64,000 nucleotides of DNA from Octopus vulgaris. Lineage: Eukaryota. A program made the translations under genes and the position numbers. The stretch is taken from positions 9,362,001-9,426,000 of the forward strand of contig OX597839.1 of NCBI GenBank assembly GCA_951406725.2, read 5' to 3'. Position 1 is the first letter of the stretch; the number at the start of each line of letters is the position of its first letter. This document shows positions 53,109 through 64,000 of this stretch, piece by piece. The notes beneath the pieces are model-generated. The model was not told the origin of the DNA. It was given only the letters and a program-made list of their open reading frames with translations, and did not search any database.

Positions 53109-53337
53109 ATAACCCTTTAACATTTCAACCAGTCATATTCGGCCTAAAATATTCTACCACATTTTTACTCAAACTGACTAGATCAGGCCTCTCACACCTA
53201 CCCAACAATGTCGTTCAAATCATAAACAATTACATTATCGATATCTTAAAGCCATGAGATAATGCATGACTAATTCAAAACAACGTGAATGAATAAACAT
53301 TACAATTGACAGAGTAATCTGATTGCTAATGGGTTAA
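53109..53337. mobile_element. piggyBac-like MITE E1
   Basis: Family match with CCCTTT...GGG-TTAA ends. Confidence 0.8.
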
Positions 53338-54121
53338 GTAGATGAGATACTACTCAAGATCAGAAGATAGTCTCCTGCAGATGAGTTTACAAAAAGTGCT
53401 TGTAGCACCGACACCTCTTCTTAGCTTAGGTAAATTGAATGTTATCACTTGACCTGTTAAGAACAAAATAATGTCAACTTGACACTGCAACTAGAAGAAG
53501 ACTACATCTAGTGATGCAAGTGCAAATAATTTTCCTACAAAGAGAAAAATAATATAAGTTCATTCATTCTAAATGTTTATATTTTTGTATTTTTAATGCT
53601 TCCATGAGTTACACAAATGTGTTATTGGCACACTACTTTACAGCTAGACACCTTTCTACTGCAAACCCTTACTTGAGTGCAAAATTGCTGTGAAAATTGC
53701 TGCACTGTTTTGTTGACAAAAGAAGTGACATTACCCTTGCATTGCAACATTTTTTCAAACACACACACACACGTGCACAAACACACACACATGCACACAA
53801 CCAAACAACAGTCTTCTTCCCATTTCCGCCTATCAAGTCAAAACAAGGCTTTTGGTTAGCCGAGAGCTATATGGTAAAAGGCACTTGTCCAAAGTACAGC
53901 ATATTATGTATCAGAGAAAAGATATTAAGGATAAGAGAAAAACCATATTAAGTATAACTTATAAAAAATACAAATATAAATAACTTATAAAATATAAATA
54001 TCAAAATAAAAAAATAAATATAAAAGATAAAAAATATAAGACGTAAAACATAAATTGAAGATGAACACAATGTAGAAATGCACATAAATATAAATATGTA
54101 TATATATATATATATGGTCAG

Positions 54122-54312
54122 ACGCCATGATAGATCATTAGCGACTATACACATTTTTTTTCTCTCCTTGTTTTCTGTGTCCCTTTCAGTAGAAGAGCGT
54201 AGGCTCGAAACGTAAAAGATTTTTTCTATTCCTGAGCGTTATACTAATATATCTGTTTGTTTTGTACACCACCTGTCTTCGTCTTTTGTCGTTTTTTTCG
54301 TAAACTCTCCCT
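54122..54312 (+). mobile_element. Penelope-like family F remnant
   Basis: TA-flanked. CAGTAGAAGAGCGTAGGCTCGAAACGTA motif. Confidence 0.65.
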
Positions 54313-54456
54313 ATATATACTAGCTGGTAATTCGCAGAGTTAAAGATGTTCTATTGAAAGGCCTTATTAGTCTGATATAAGAAAGCAATTTCGTTATAAC
54401 TGCCACAAAAGGTGTATTTTCCGTCGCGAAAATGTACAAAAACTGTCAGCTGGAAG

Positions 54457-54890
54457 GAGAGATTGTTGGAGGTTGGCGAGAGAGGTTTTTGGGGGCTGGT
54501 GAAAAAGATTGTCGAAGGTTGGTAAGTGAGGTTGTCGGAGTTTGGCGAGAGAGGTTGGCTAGAGAGGTTTTTGGAGGTTGGTGAAAAAGATTGTCGAAGG
54601 TTGGTAGGAGAGGTTGTTGGAGTTTGGCGAGAGAGGTTGGCTAGAGAGGTTTTTGGAGGTTGGTGAAAAAGATTGTCGAAGGTTGGTAAGTGAGGTTGTT
54701 GGAGTTTGGCGAGAGAGGTTGGCTAGAGAGGTTTTTGGAGGTTGGTGAAAAAGATTGTCGAAGGTTGGTAAGAGAGATTGTCGGAGTTTGGCGAGAGAGG
54801 TTGTTGGAGGTTGGCTAGAGTGGTTGTTGGAAGGTGTCTAAAGAGGTTGTCGAGAGAAGTTTTGGGAGGTTGGCGAGATAGTTATTTGGA
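54457..54890. repeat. G-rich minisatellite with an 82-bp higher-order unit (23+23+23+13)
   Basis: Unit starts at 54561, 54643 and 54725. Confidence 0.9.
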
Positions 54891-55645
54891 GATGTTGAAA
54901 AAATGTATATTAATGCAATGTGTAAATTAATTCCAGCAATATGTATATAACTGTTTAGATATTAAATCAGAACAGACGTTCATCAAAATGTTGTATGAAC
55001 TGTAAATAAGCAATAAATATTATGATTTGTAAAATAAGTATAAGTGATCCAGGGTGTCGCGAGTCAGTGTGGTGTGGAAGTTTGGTTTCATTTTTTAAGA
55101 ATTTTAAGCATTCAAAGTATAAGTTAATTGTACTGGGAAAAAATTATGAAATACATTGTGGAATGAACATACATATACACATACATATAGCCACACACAC
55201 ACACACAGATGTACAGATATAGCCCATACACACATTTACACACATTTATATATGCACACACATATATGATGAATACATAATTCATCATCAGCATCATTGT
55301 TTAACATCCGTCTTCCATGCTGGCATGGGTTGGACAGTTTGACAGGAGCTGGTCAAGTAGAAGACCACCCCACACTACTGTGTCTGTTTTGACATTGTTT
55401 TTACGGCTCAATGCCCTTCCTAACACCAATCACACCACAAATCAGTAGGATAAGATATAAAATATAATAGATAAACAACAACAGTAAGATAAAATGTAAA
55501 TATAAAATCCAGATGCAAGAGATATAGTAATGACAGGAAAAAAAAGAAGAGTAACAATAGTAGTGAACTTACACCGTATATCATATAATCACATCAATAA
55601 TAAGAATGACAATATAAAGGTTTAAAAAAATTAAGGAATTATTAA

Positions 55646-56096
55646 TTAACCCTTTCGTTACTGTATTTATTTTGAGATGCTCCGTGTTTCTTTCAATTAC
55701 TTTAACCCTTTAGTGTTTAAACTGGCCATACCAGGCCAAAATTGTCTTCCTGTTATATGCTCAAACTAGCCAGCTCTGACCTCTCACACCTACCCTACAA
55801 AGTCATTCTAAAAATAAACAGGGACATCATCAAAATCTCAGAGTTACAAGATGCTTTACAATTAATTTTAAACAATGTGATTAAACAGGCTTTACATTTG
55901 ACAGATTAATCTGAATGCTAAAGGGTTAAATATAACAAAGAATTTAGTAAAATAACTTAGTTAACATTCAGTTAGTGTTAGGACATAAATTGCGACTAAG
56001 GTTTGGTGGAAGATTTTAATTCAAAACTTATGAAAACAAGACATTTGTACTCAGAGCCAGAGCCAGTTTCAGCCAGGTTGATATCAAAAGGGTTAA
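55646..56096. mobile_element. piggyBac-like MITE E2 with nested E1 (55702-55929)
   Basis: The inner element is flanked by a duplicated TTAA at an internal TTAA of E2. Confidence 0.92.
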
Positions 56097-56966
56097 AAGA
56101 AGCAAACAATGTGCCTAAGAGACAGAAACACCATCTAAAATGCTTACATAACATCTGGCATACGTTTGCCTGTTCAGACTGCCATATATTATGTAAGCAT
56201 TTTATGTAGTGTGCCATATATTATGTAAGCATTTTAGTTTTAGCTCCTGTGGATTTATTGAGCAGGTTGCCTGGATATTTAACGATCTCATATAATTCTG
56301 CACAACAAAGAGTAGTGATCTATGAAATTTGATTGTCTCTGGTTTCTGCTTCAAGTTTATCACTGACAGCCCATTAAATCTTGACAGTTCTTCAAATGCC
56401 CTTAATCGCTTTGCTAATGGCTTAGCAAAATGAGTCAATTTGAATTTTCTCTACCTATGTTTAAAATCACCTGATAATAGCGAATTTTTTGCATGACATA
56501 ATCATAGTAATCAAACTATTTATCAATAAAAAAAAAACACTACTGAAACAGCTGTTGTGAATTTTTAAATTCCATTGCAACCATTCCTACATTGGGTCTA
56601 TAACTTGCATTGGATCAGGAACCTACATGTATATCTATATATATATATATATAAATCAATAAATGGTGGGTTGTGTATTGAACTCGAGATGCACAAAGAC
56701 TTTACAATGTATCGGTGTACCCATTTTTTAATTTTTGTATATGTTTATTATCTTTTTGCAAAAAACACTGTAATTTTCTTTTTTCCCCCTCCTCAATTAT
56801 AAAAAAATTTTCTTTTCACCTTACAATTCTTGAAAAGTCGCATTGCGACAAAAGCCGGTTAGAATTAATATATTTAAAAAAAAATTTTTTTTTAATTTTC
56901 CATACACTCATGTTCATTAAAATTTACCTTCAATTTAGCATTCTGCCTTTTTATAATTTTTCCTTG

Positions 56967-57010
<44 letters not shown>

Positions 57011-57512
57011 AGTCTTTAGTAAAATATATTCAATGAGAATATCATATACTGAATTTATATTGAGTACTCTATTGTAGCAAAGTATTAATACCATTAAAGT
57101 ATTTATGTATTTAATACAAGCGATTATATACATTTTATAATATATACATTTTATTTTATAATAACATATTAATATCAGGAAATAAATATTAGAAAATTCT
57201 TCTGAAAGATATATACATGTTTAAAATAATTGTGGTATTAAAAATATAAATATATATAAATATATGCAAATATGTATAAGTATAAATATATAATGTATAT
57301 GACAGTTTAAAATTTTTGAATTAAGTTTTTAAAGCATCTTACGATCGTTTCACAGAAGTGCTGTCCCTATAATGGAATCTTATATTGATAAGCATTTATA
57401 GATAACTCTTCTGCTTTTCAGAGATATAAAATTTGAATTTTGTATAATATAACGAATGGTAGTTTTTTTAAAAATATGAAGTAATACTATAAAATGGTAT
57501 ATATATTCATAT

Positions 57513-57713
57513 CGCCATGTTGTTTCGCTAGCCTCTGCACGCATTTTTTTTCTCTTTCTGTGTTTCTTCTCTGTGTATCTTTCTGTTGAAGAGCGTAGGC
57601 TCGAAACGTTAAAGACTTGTTTTATTTATATTTCCTGAGCGCCATACTAATACAATTGTTTGTTTGTATTCCACCTGCCTTCGTCTTTTGTCTATTTTCA
57701 TAAAGCTTCCCGT
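57513..57713 (+). mobile_element. Penelope-like family F, divergent subfamily
   Basis: TCTTT-CTGTTGA-A-GAGC(GTAG)GCTC-GAAA-CGTT-AAAGA, TA-flanked. Confidence 0.65.
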
Positions 57714-57744
57714 TATATATATATATATATATATATTATAGACT

Positions 57745-58035
57745 CAGGTCAGCCAAAGCCTTGAGATCGGTTTCGTACACGAAAACTGAAAGAAGACTGT
57801 CGTATATATGTGTATATTTGTGTGTGTGTATATGTATGTCTGTGTCTGTACCCCTACCATCGCTTGACAACCGATGTTGCAGTGTTTACGTCCCTGTAAC
57901 TTAGCAGTTCAGCAAAAGACACTGATAGAATACATACTAGGCTTACAAAGAAAATATCCTGGAGTTGATTTGTTTGACTAAAGTCTGTGCTCCAGCATGG
58001 CCACAGTCACATGAGTGAAACGAGTAAAACAATAA
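57745..58035 (+). mobile_element. SINE family A, 5'-truncated and degenerate
   Basis: Family match. Confidence 0.8.
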
Positions 58036-58088
58036 AAAACTATGCCATTTTAATCTCAAGCAATGTCAGGTATCTCTGCTAGCATATA

Positions 58089-58154
<66 letters not shown>

Positions 58155-58174
58155 ATATATATATTTATATATAC

Positions 58175-58470
58175 ATATCAGCAACAATTTAGATTCAAAT
58201 GAATATGGTACTTAATTTAGATGCACCAGAATTTTGTATGGTGTTACCCATAAAAATTTGCAGGGTGATTATAATCAAAAATAAGCAACAAGAATGACTC
58301 CGGTGATTTGGTACAAATGTTTTGCACTACAACATTTTATTAAAAGCTGTAAGTATTACAGCAGATTTAAGATGCTGAGTGCTCTTCAGCCAATTATATA
58401 GGTTTTCCAATAATATAAAAGATTTCAAATCAAGTAGTAACATTTTAGAGAAGGTAAATATACAGATAAA
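58175..58470 (-). mobile_element. Penelope-like remnant with hammerhead-like motif (58308-58393)
   Basis: Minus strand reads TTGG-CTGAAGA-GCAC(long loop)GTGC-AAAA-CATTTG-TA-CCAA. It is adjacent to (TA)n. Boundaries are approximate. Confidence 0.55.
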
Positions 58471-58547
58471 GATGTAGATTTGAATTTTAAGAACATATGA
58501 GGTTGTGAAGTTCAGTTGCTAACTGACCATGTGTATATATATACATA

Positions 58548-58970
58548 TCATCATCATCATCATCATAGTTTAGCGTCCGCTTTCCATGCTAGCATGGGTT
58601 GGACGGTTCAACTGGGGTCTGGGAAGCCAGAAGGCTGCACCAGGCCCAGTTTGATCTGGCAATGTTTCTACGGCTGGATGCCCTTCCTAACGTCAACCAC
58701 TCCATGAGTGTAGTGGGTGCTTTTTACGTGCCACCTGCACTGGTGCCAGGCGAGGCTGGCACCGGCCACGGTCGGATTGGTGCATTTTACATGCCACCTG
58801 CACGGAAGCCAGTCGAGGCAGCACTGGCTTCGGCCACAATTCGGATGGTGCTTTTTACGTGCCACCAACACGGAAGCCAGTCGAGGCAGCGCTGGCATTG
58901 GCCACGATTCGGATAGTGCTTTTTACGTATCTCCAATCCAGGGGTCCTGGCATCTGCCGGGTGCCAGTCA
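58548..58970 (-). mobile_element. Family C retroposon
   Basis: (CAT)n, body and about 4 monomers. Confidence 0.88.
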
Positions 58971-59657
58971 TAGGATTGGTTCAATTTCGATTCCGATATA
59001 TATATATATAAATATATATATGAGTGCATGCAGATTTATGTATGTGTAGGACACATCTATGTATGTATGGGACTCAACCCTTTCCTGGTGTCCTCAATGT
59101 TAAAATAGCTATGTTCTAAAGAAACCTTCAACCAACTCACTTTAAAGTGAGATTATGTAACCCTTTACACAAATATAAAATTGAAAGTAAAGTCCAATGA
59201 ATACACTGCCCTAAATGGTCTGACAACTTAAGAGCCAGAATATTGATTATTCCCTTTCCTGGTCTCTATCTAGATGAGCTATGCATTATAAAGTTGGTGG
59301 AGGTGGATGCAAATTATTAAAATAATGAAATGCAATCATTCACCCATGGCAGTGGGTGAATATGTTCCTAAAGCCAACTTTTAATTACTTGTGAGCATTT
59401 CTGAGCTTCATCACAAATTCCATTCTCAACCAAATGGAATGTCTTTTTTTTAGCAATGATGGTCCAGTGCTAAGCTACATTCTGAGATGAAATAAGTGAA
59501 ATCTGGTTCATTAAAAAGAAAAGTTAGATCAAAATATGTGAGAGTAATGTGAAAAATTGATTTTGACTAAGAATATCTTATTTTAAAAGAAAAACTAGAT
59601 TAATTGGATTTTAAAGAATGTGCTCATTGAGAAGATTCTGTCTGTATCTAACATCAT

Positions 59658-59731
59658 GGGTCACTTAGCTTAATGGTACAGAGCGCTTAACTAGAGTTTG
59701 GGAGGTACAGGATTCAATTCCCTGTAGCAGC
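59658..59731 (+). pseudogene. tRNA-like sequence (pseudogene or orphan SINE head)
   Basis: A box TAGCTTAATGG and T-arm ACAGG-ATTCAATTC-CCTGT. The acceptor stem does not pair. Confidence 0.5.
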
Positions 59732-60549
59732 TTATTGGCCACTTTCTTTTTCCATTTTCTGAGAGTATTCAGCTGATCTAAAATGTTCTTACAGTAATTG
59801 TGTGTTCAAAATTTCCTTTGGATGAAAGAGCTCTAATGAGAAGAATGTTGTGGTGGAAATTGTATCAAAAATATATTGGCTACAAAAAAAGTCATGTGGC
59901 TTTAAGTGATGAAAAAAAGGGAAAATTTTAAGAAATCAAAATATTTTTCTTTTTAAGAGAAAAATAATATTTGAACTCAAAAGAAAGGGTTTATTGAAAT
60001 GAATATTTTGCAGAAAACCCTGTCTAGAAATATTAAGCATGAATAAGTTATGACTTCTTGTGATTTCATATTAATTTTCATTATTCTATTTCTGTATTAA
60101 AATACATACATACCAAGAACATGTTAAAATAAATGGTTCATTACATAAACTAATTATTAATTAATTAGAATATAGCATTATTTTACAGTAAAAATTGTTT
60201 AAAAAAATATTTAATTATAACAGATATGCTGCTTTTAATCATTTGTTATTTTTAAGTGCAAACAAAATTTCTAAGTTTGAACAGAATCTTTATTTAAAAT
60301 ATATTTACAAAAATTTTATTTTTTCATTTATAAAAGTAAATATAATTAATCATAACAGAAGCATTGCCTTCATTAGAAAAATGGACTAGAATGAAAAATG
60401 AGGGTGCAGAATCCTAGAATAAAACTTAAAATATTGCACACACACCACACTTCAATTCGCAGACATACACATACCCTCTGTGCACATACTCACATGCACA
60501 GTCTCCATACATGCACAGTATGTGTGCACAAGTTACACAACTATAGATA

Positions 60550-60884
60550 TACAAGGGGATGCTGAAAAGTTCCTGGCTTTGAGTAACCGCTAAGTTATGG
60601 TGACGTAAACACACCAGCATCGGTTGTCAAGCACAGACACACAAACACACACTCATATATATACATATATACGACGGGCTTCTTTCAGTTTCCGTCTACC
60701 AAATCCACTCACAAGGCTTTGATCGGCCCGAGGCTATAGTAGAAGACACTTGCCCAAGGTGCCACGCAGTGGGACTGAACCCGGAACCATGTGGTTGGTA
60801 AGCAAGCTACTTACCACACAGCCACTCCTGCGCCTATAAAGCCTATACCCTTTAAAGCCAGGAACCGTTTAGCAACCTCTCATA
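60550..60884. mobile_element. Mariner MITE termini enclosing a SINE A fragment (60586-60834, -)
   Basis: Both TIRs are present and the MITE interior is replaced by SINE A sequence. Confidence 0.75.
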
Positions 60885-60915
60885 TATATGTGTGTGTGTG
60901 TGCGTGTGTGTGTGC

Positions 60916-60947
<32 letters not shown>

Positions 60948-60955
60948 GTGTGTGT

Positions 60956-61698
60956 TTAAGTGGATACTGAAAAGTTCCTGGCTTTAGGTAAAAGAAAATA
61001 CAGGAGAATAAGTTAATTACTGTAAATCCTCGAGTATAGTCCACCCTTCAGTATAATACACAGGGGATTTTTAGGGGGCTGTACCTCTGAAAAACCTAAA
61101 CCTTGTGTATAATAGGCACCCTTTCTCTAACTTGAGTCATGCGTAATTAAGCCAACAGCACCTAGTCGAACAAACACTTCCGCCCGTGCGTAATACAATA
61201 ATGGTGATGTTCTTAACTGTTATATGAGAATGTAAATATGTTTGCAAATTGTTTTTGCTGCATGTTATTCTGTGATCTGAATACTTTTATTTTAATAAAT
61301 GTTGCTTACTGCAAGTTATGGGAGATTTTTTTATGACTTCATTGCTTTCAGGCTTAGCTTAAGGTATTTTTGCGCCCGACATCACAAAATGCATCTGAAT
61401 AAACATTGCCGGACAGTAAATAGAGACTCAGACATTGCTTAGAAAATATTTTTCATTTTTAACCTCGCATATAGTATGCACTAGGGATTTTGACCTTTAA
61501 ATTTTGGGGAAAAAATGTGGATTATACACGAGGATTTATGGTATGATTTTATTGAACATATTCCCCTCTCAGATTTACAACTTATGGCAGTGGTTCTTCA
61601 GTTTTTCTAAGCCCTGTAAAACAACTCATACAGTAGGGCTTCCAACCAGGCCTTTTGCGATACCTTTAAAGCCAAGAACTTTTAGCACCCCCCACCAT
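60956..61698. mobile_element. Mariner-derived MITE interrupted by a pogo-like MITE
   Basis: The host sequence resumes exactly after the duplicated TA. Confidence 0.8.
61020..61541. mobile_element. pogo/Tigger-like MITE
   Basis: TA-CTGTAAATCCTCGAGTATA ... TATACACGAGGATTTATGG-TA. Confidence 0.85.
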
Positions 61699-62294
61699 AT
61701 ACACTCACAAGCAGGCATGTGTAAGAATCTCGCTGCCTCTAGATATTACATACACCTATACATGCATGCCTTATATGTTTAAAACTTTTATGCATGTGTG
61801 TACATCCATTAGCTTTCATAAATACAACAGTAAATCATCCAAACACATTACATAAGTCAACATGGAGCACTGCAAACATTCAGAGATACTGCATCAATTG
61901 TCGTATAATATCCCCGGTGTATCCATGCGATGAAGGTGTCATTTATTACAGGTCCAATGTCAATGCTCCAGGCAGAGCAAACTTGGGAATAGTTGAAATG
62001 CAAACAGGTTGGTGCATTATGAGATCAGTTGCCTGATATAATAATGCTTGATGTGGGCAGTGATAGTAACAGATATTCCAGAGCATTGCCTTTAATATAA
62101 GTATACCTAGGATATATATATATATATATCATCATCATCATCATTTAATGTCTGTTTTCCATGCTAGCATGGGTTGAATGGTTTTGAGAAAAGCTATGCC
62201 TGTATGTATGGATGACTGCAATTTTACTCAGCTTGACGCATCTTCTCAAATACAGCGAATTACAACTCCTACTCCCTTGTCATTTCCTCAATGA

Positions 62295-62331
<37 letters not shown>

Positions 62332-62592
62332 TGGTAAATATATGGCAGAAGAGGGTTAACACAGAGATATAGTCACGATAAGTGCTTGGATATAGTTATC
62401 AATTAATGTTAATAATTAAATGAGAATATACTAGTTAATGTCACCATGTCAAGCTAATAGTAAACTAACATTATTCATCGTAGTTCCAGATATTGCCAAT
62501 CTTGTAGAAGAGGAATATCCAACTCTTTCTCAGTGTACTGTAAGACCCCGCCAACTCACTTCTTATATTTAATAAGTGGCTATTTCTAGCTA

Positions 62593-62870
62593 GTGAAGGA
62601 ACATGGCTCAGTGGTTTAAGCGTCAGGCTCACAATCATGAGGTAGTGAGTTCAATTCTTGGATTGGGCTGTGCGTTCTGTTTTGGAGTAAAATACTATAT
62701 TCCATGTTGCTCTGGTTCACTTAGCTGTAGAAATGAGTTGCGATGTCAGTGGTGCCAAGCTGTATCAGCCTTTGCCTTTCACTTGGATAACATTGGTGGC
62801 ATAGAGAGAGGAGGCTGGTATGCATGGACAACTGCTCTCAAAACAACCTTGACCAGACTTGTGCCTTGAA
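62593..62870 (+). mobile_element. SINE family D
   Basis: tRNA-like head, core block and most of the tail. Confidence 0.82.
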
Positions 62871-63481
62871 GGAGAAAGTACCTAGTCAGTATATGGAAGA
62901 TTTTGGGGATGTGAGGTTTGATAATATGGGAGAAGAGGGGCCATAACCATTACCAAATTTTTTCTAAGCTTTTTTCTACCTTCTCAGAAGGGCTGACTAG
63001 TATCCTCAGTTTCCTTCTTGTGTGGTTGGGTATGGAACTCCAGCCCAATATAAGTTTTATCTGGTAGTTGCATCTTCTGCTCTTGGTTTGCCTATCACCC
63101 TGGGAGTTGCTGTGAAACTGGGGTGGGTCTGCATGGTTCAGCTTATCGCTAGGGGGAGGTGGAGTCCTACTGATCTCACCTCTCAAGTGTTCCAGTCTCC
63201 CTTCCTTACCATTATATATTGTAGTGTCTGGAAGGGTCCCACTACACTTCTTGTTTTATCACTACTTCTACATTCCTTGAGAGCTCACTTAAGTTTAGTG
63301 TCTGTAATAAATTTAATCCTTTCACTATAACTGCTTCTACTGAGAGCCTCATCATAAGATATCAAGATTAAATACCCTAATTGCTATATTTCTAAGGCCT
63401 ACCTGGACATGAATTAATGCTGCCAACAACAACACCTGACACATAAGTTCTGTAACCTGAGTAGAGCCAGATGATGCTATC

Positions 63482-63714
63482 TATTTCTTTATTACCCACA
63501 AGGGGCTAAACACAGAGGGGACAAGCAAGGACAGACAAACAGATTAAGTCGATTATATCGACCCCAGTGTGAAACTGGTACTCATTTAATCGACCCCGAA
63601 AGGATGAAAGGCAAAGTCGACCTCAGCGGAATTTGAACTCAGAACGTAACGGCAGACGAAATACTGCTAAACATTTCGCCCAGCGTGCTAACGATCTTGC
63701 CAGCTCACCGTCCT
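63482..63714 (-). mobile_element. SINE family B
   Basis: 15-bp TSD CCAGATGATGCTATC. Confidence 0.92.
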
Positions 63715-64000
63715 CCAGATGATGCTATCACTAAATCAAATTCATCTAACTTTGATCTTCTACACCAGTGTTCCCTCTGGAAAGAGATAGGTGTTTACAA
63801 ATGCACTGGTAAAGGCTGTGTCTGCTACATGAGAATAGTTCAACTCAAATACTATAATAATGTCAAGAAGGACAAATTTAGTATCTTGCTTCCACACAGC
63901 AACTACTATTGCTGTTTTTGTTATAGTTGTTATGATTACTACTACACCAACCCAAGGCCATACTATTTATCCTATAAATCCTCTTTTCTCTCAACAAATA

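Noticed and set aside
59658-59731. Functional tRNA gene
   Set aside because: The acceptor stem does not pair and the anticodon arm is weak.
62950-63330. Short ORFs in GC-richer unique DNA
   Set aside because: No recognisable motifs.

Overview
AT-rich, microsatellite-dense eukaryotic DNA with no intact protein-coding gene that I can support. The repeat families resemble those of coleoid cephalopods, probably Octopus; this is inferred from recalled SINE sequences and was not verified by a search. Almost all long ORFs in the track are artefacts of microsatellites, minisatellites or SINEs. Family letters below are my own labels. The window contains: several tRNA-derived SINE families (A, B, D, I, J, K); a head-less (GAT)n-tailed family C with tandem monomers; TTAA-specific piggyBac-like MITEs; mariner, pogo and hAT MITEs; a decayed Tigger/pogo transposase with nested insertions; a second decayed transposon-like CDS; two head-to-tail non-autonomous Helitrons; a Dong/R4-like 3' end in (AAT)n; and a 22-bp minisatellite. 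The most interesting signal is a set of about six unrelated Penelope-like remnants, several forming foldbacks, that each carry a minimal type I hammerhead-ribozyme fold. One family has a G3:C8 compensatory core swap and another a recurrent U6 core variant. There is also a local inverted templated insertion and weak evidence for minus-strand non-coding exons.
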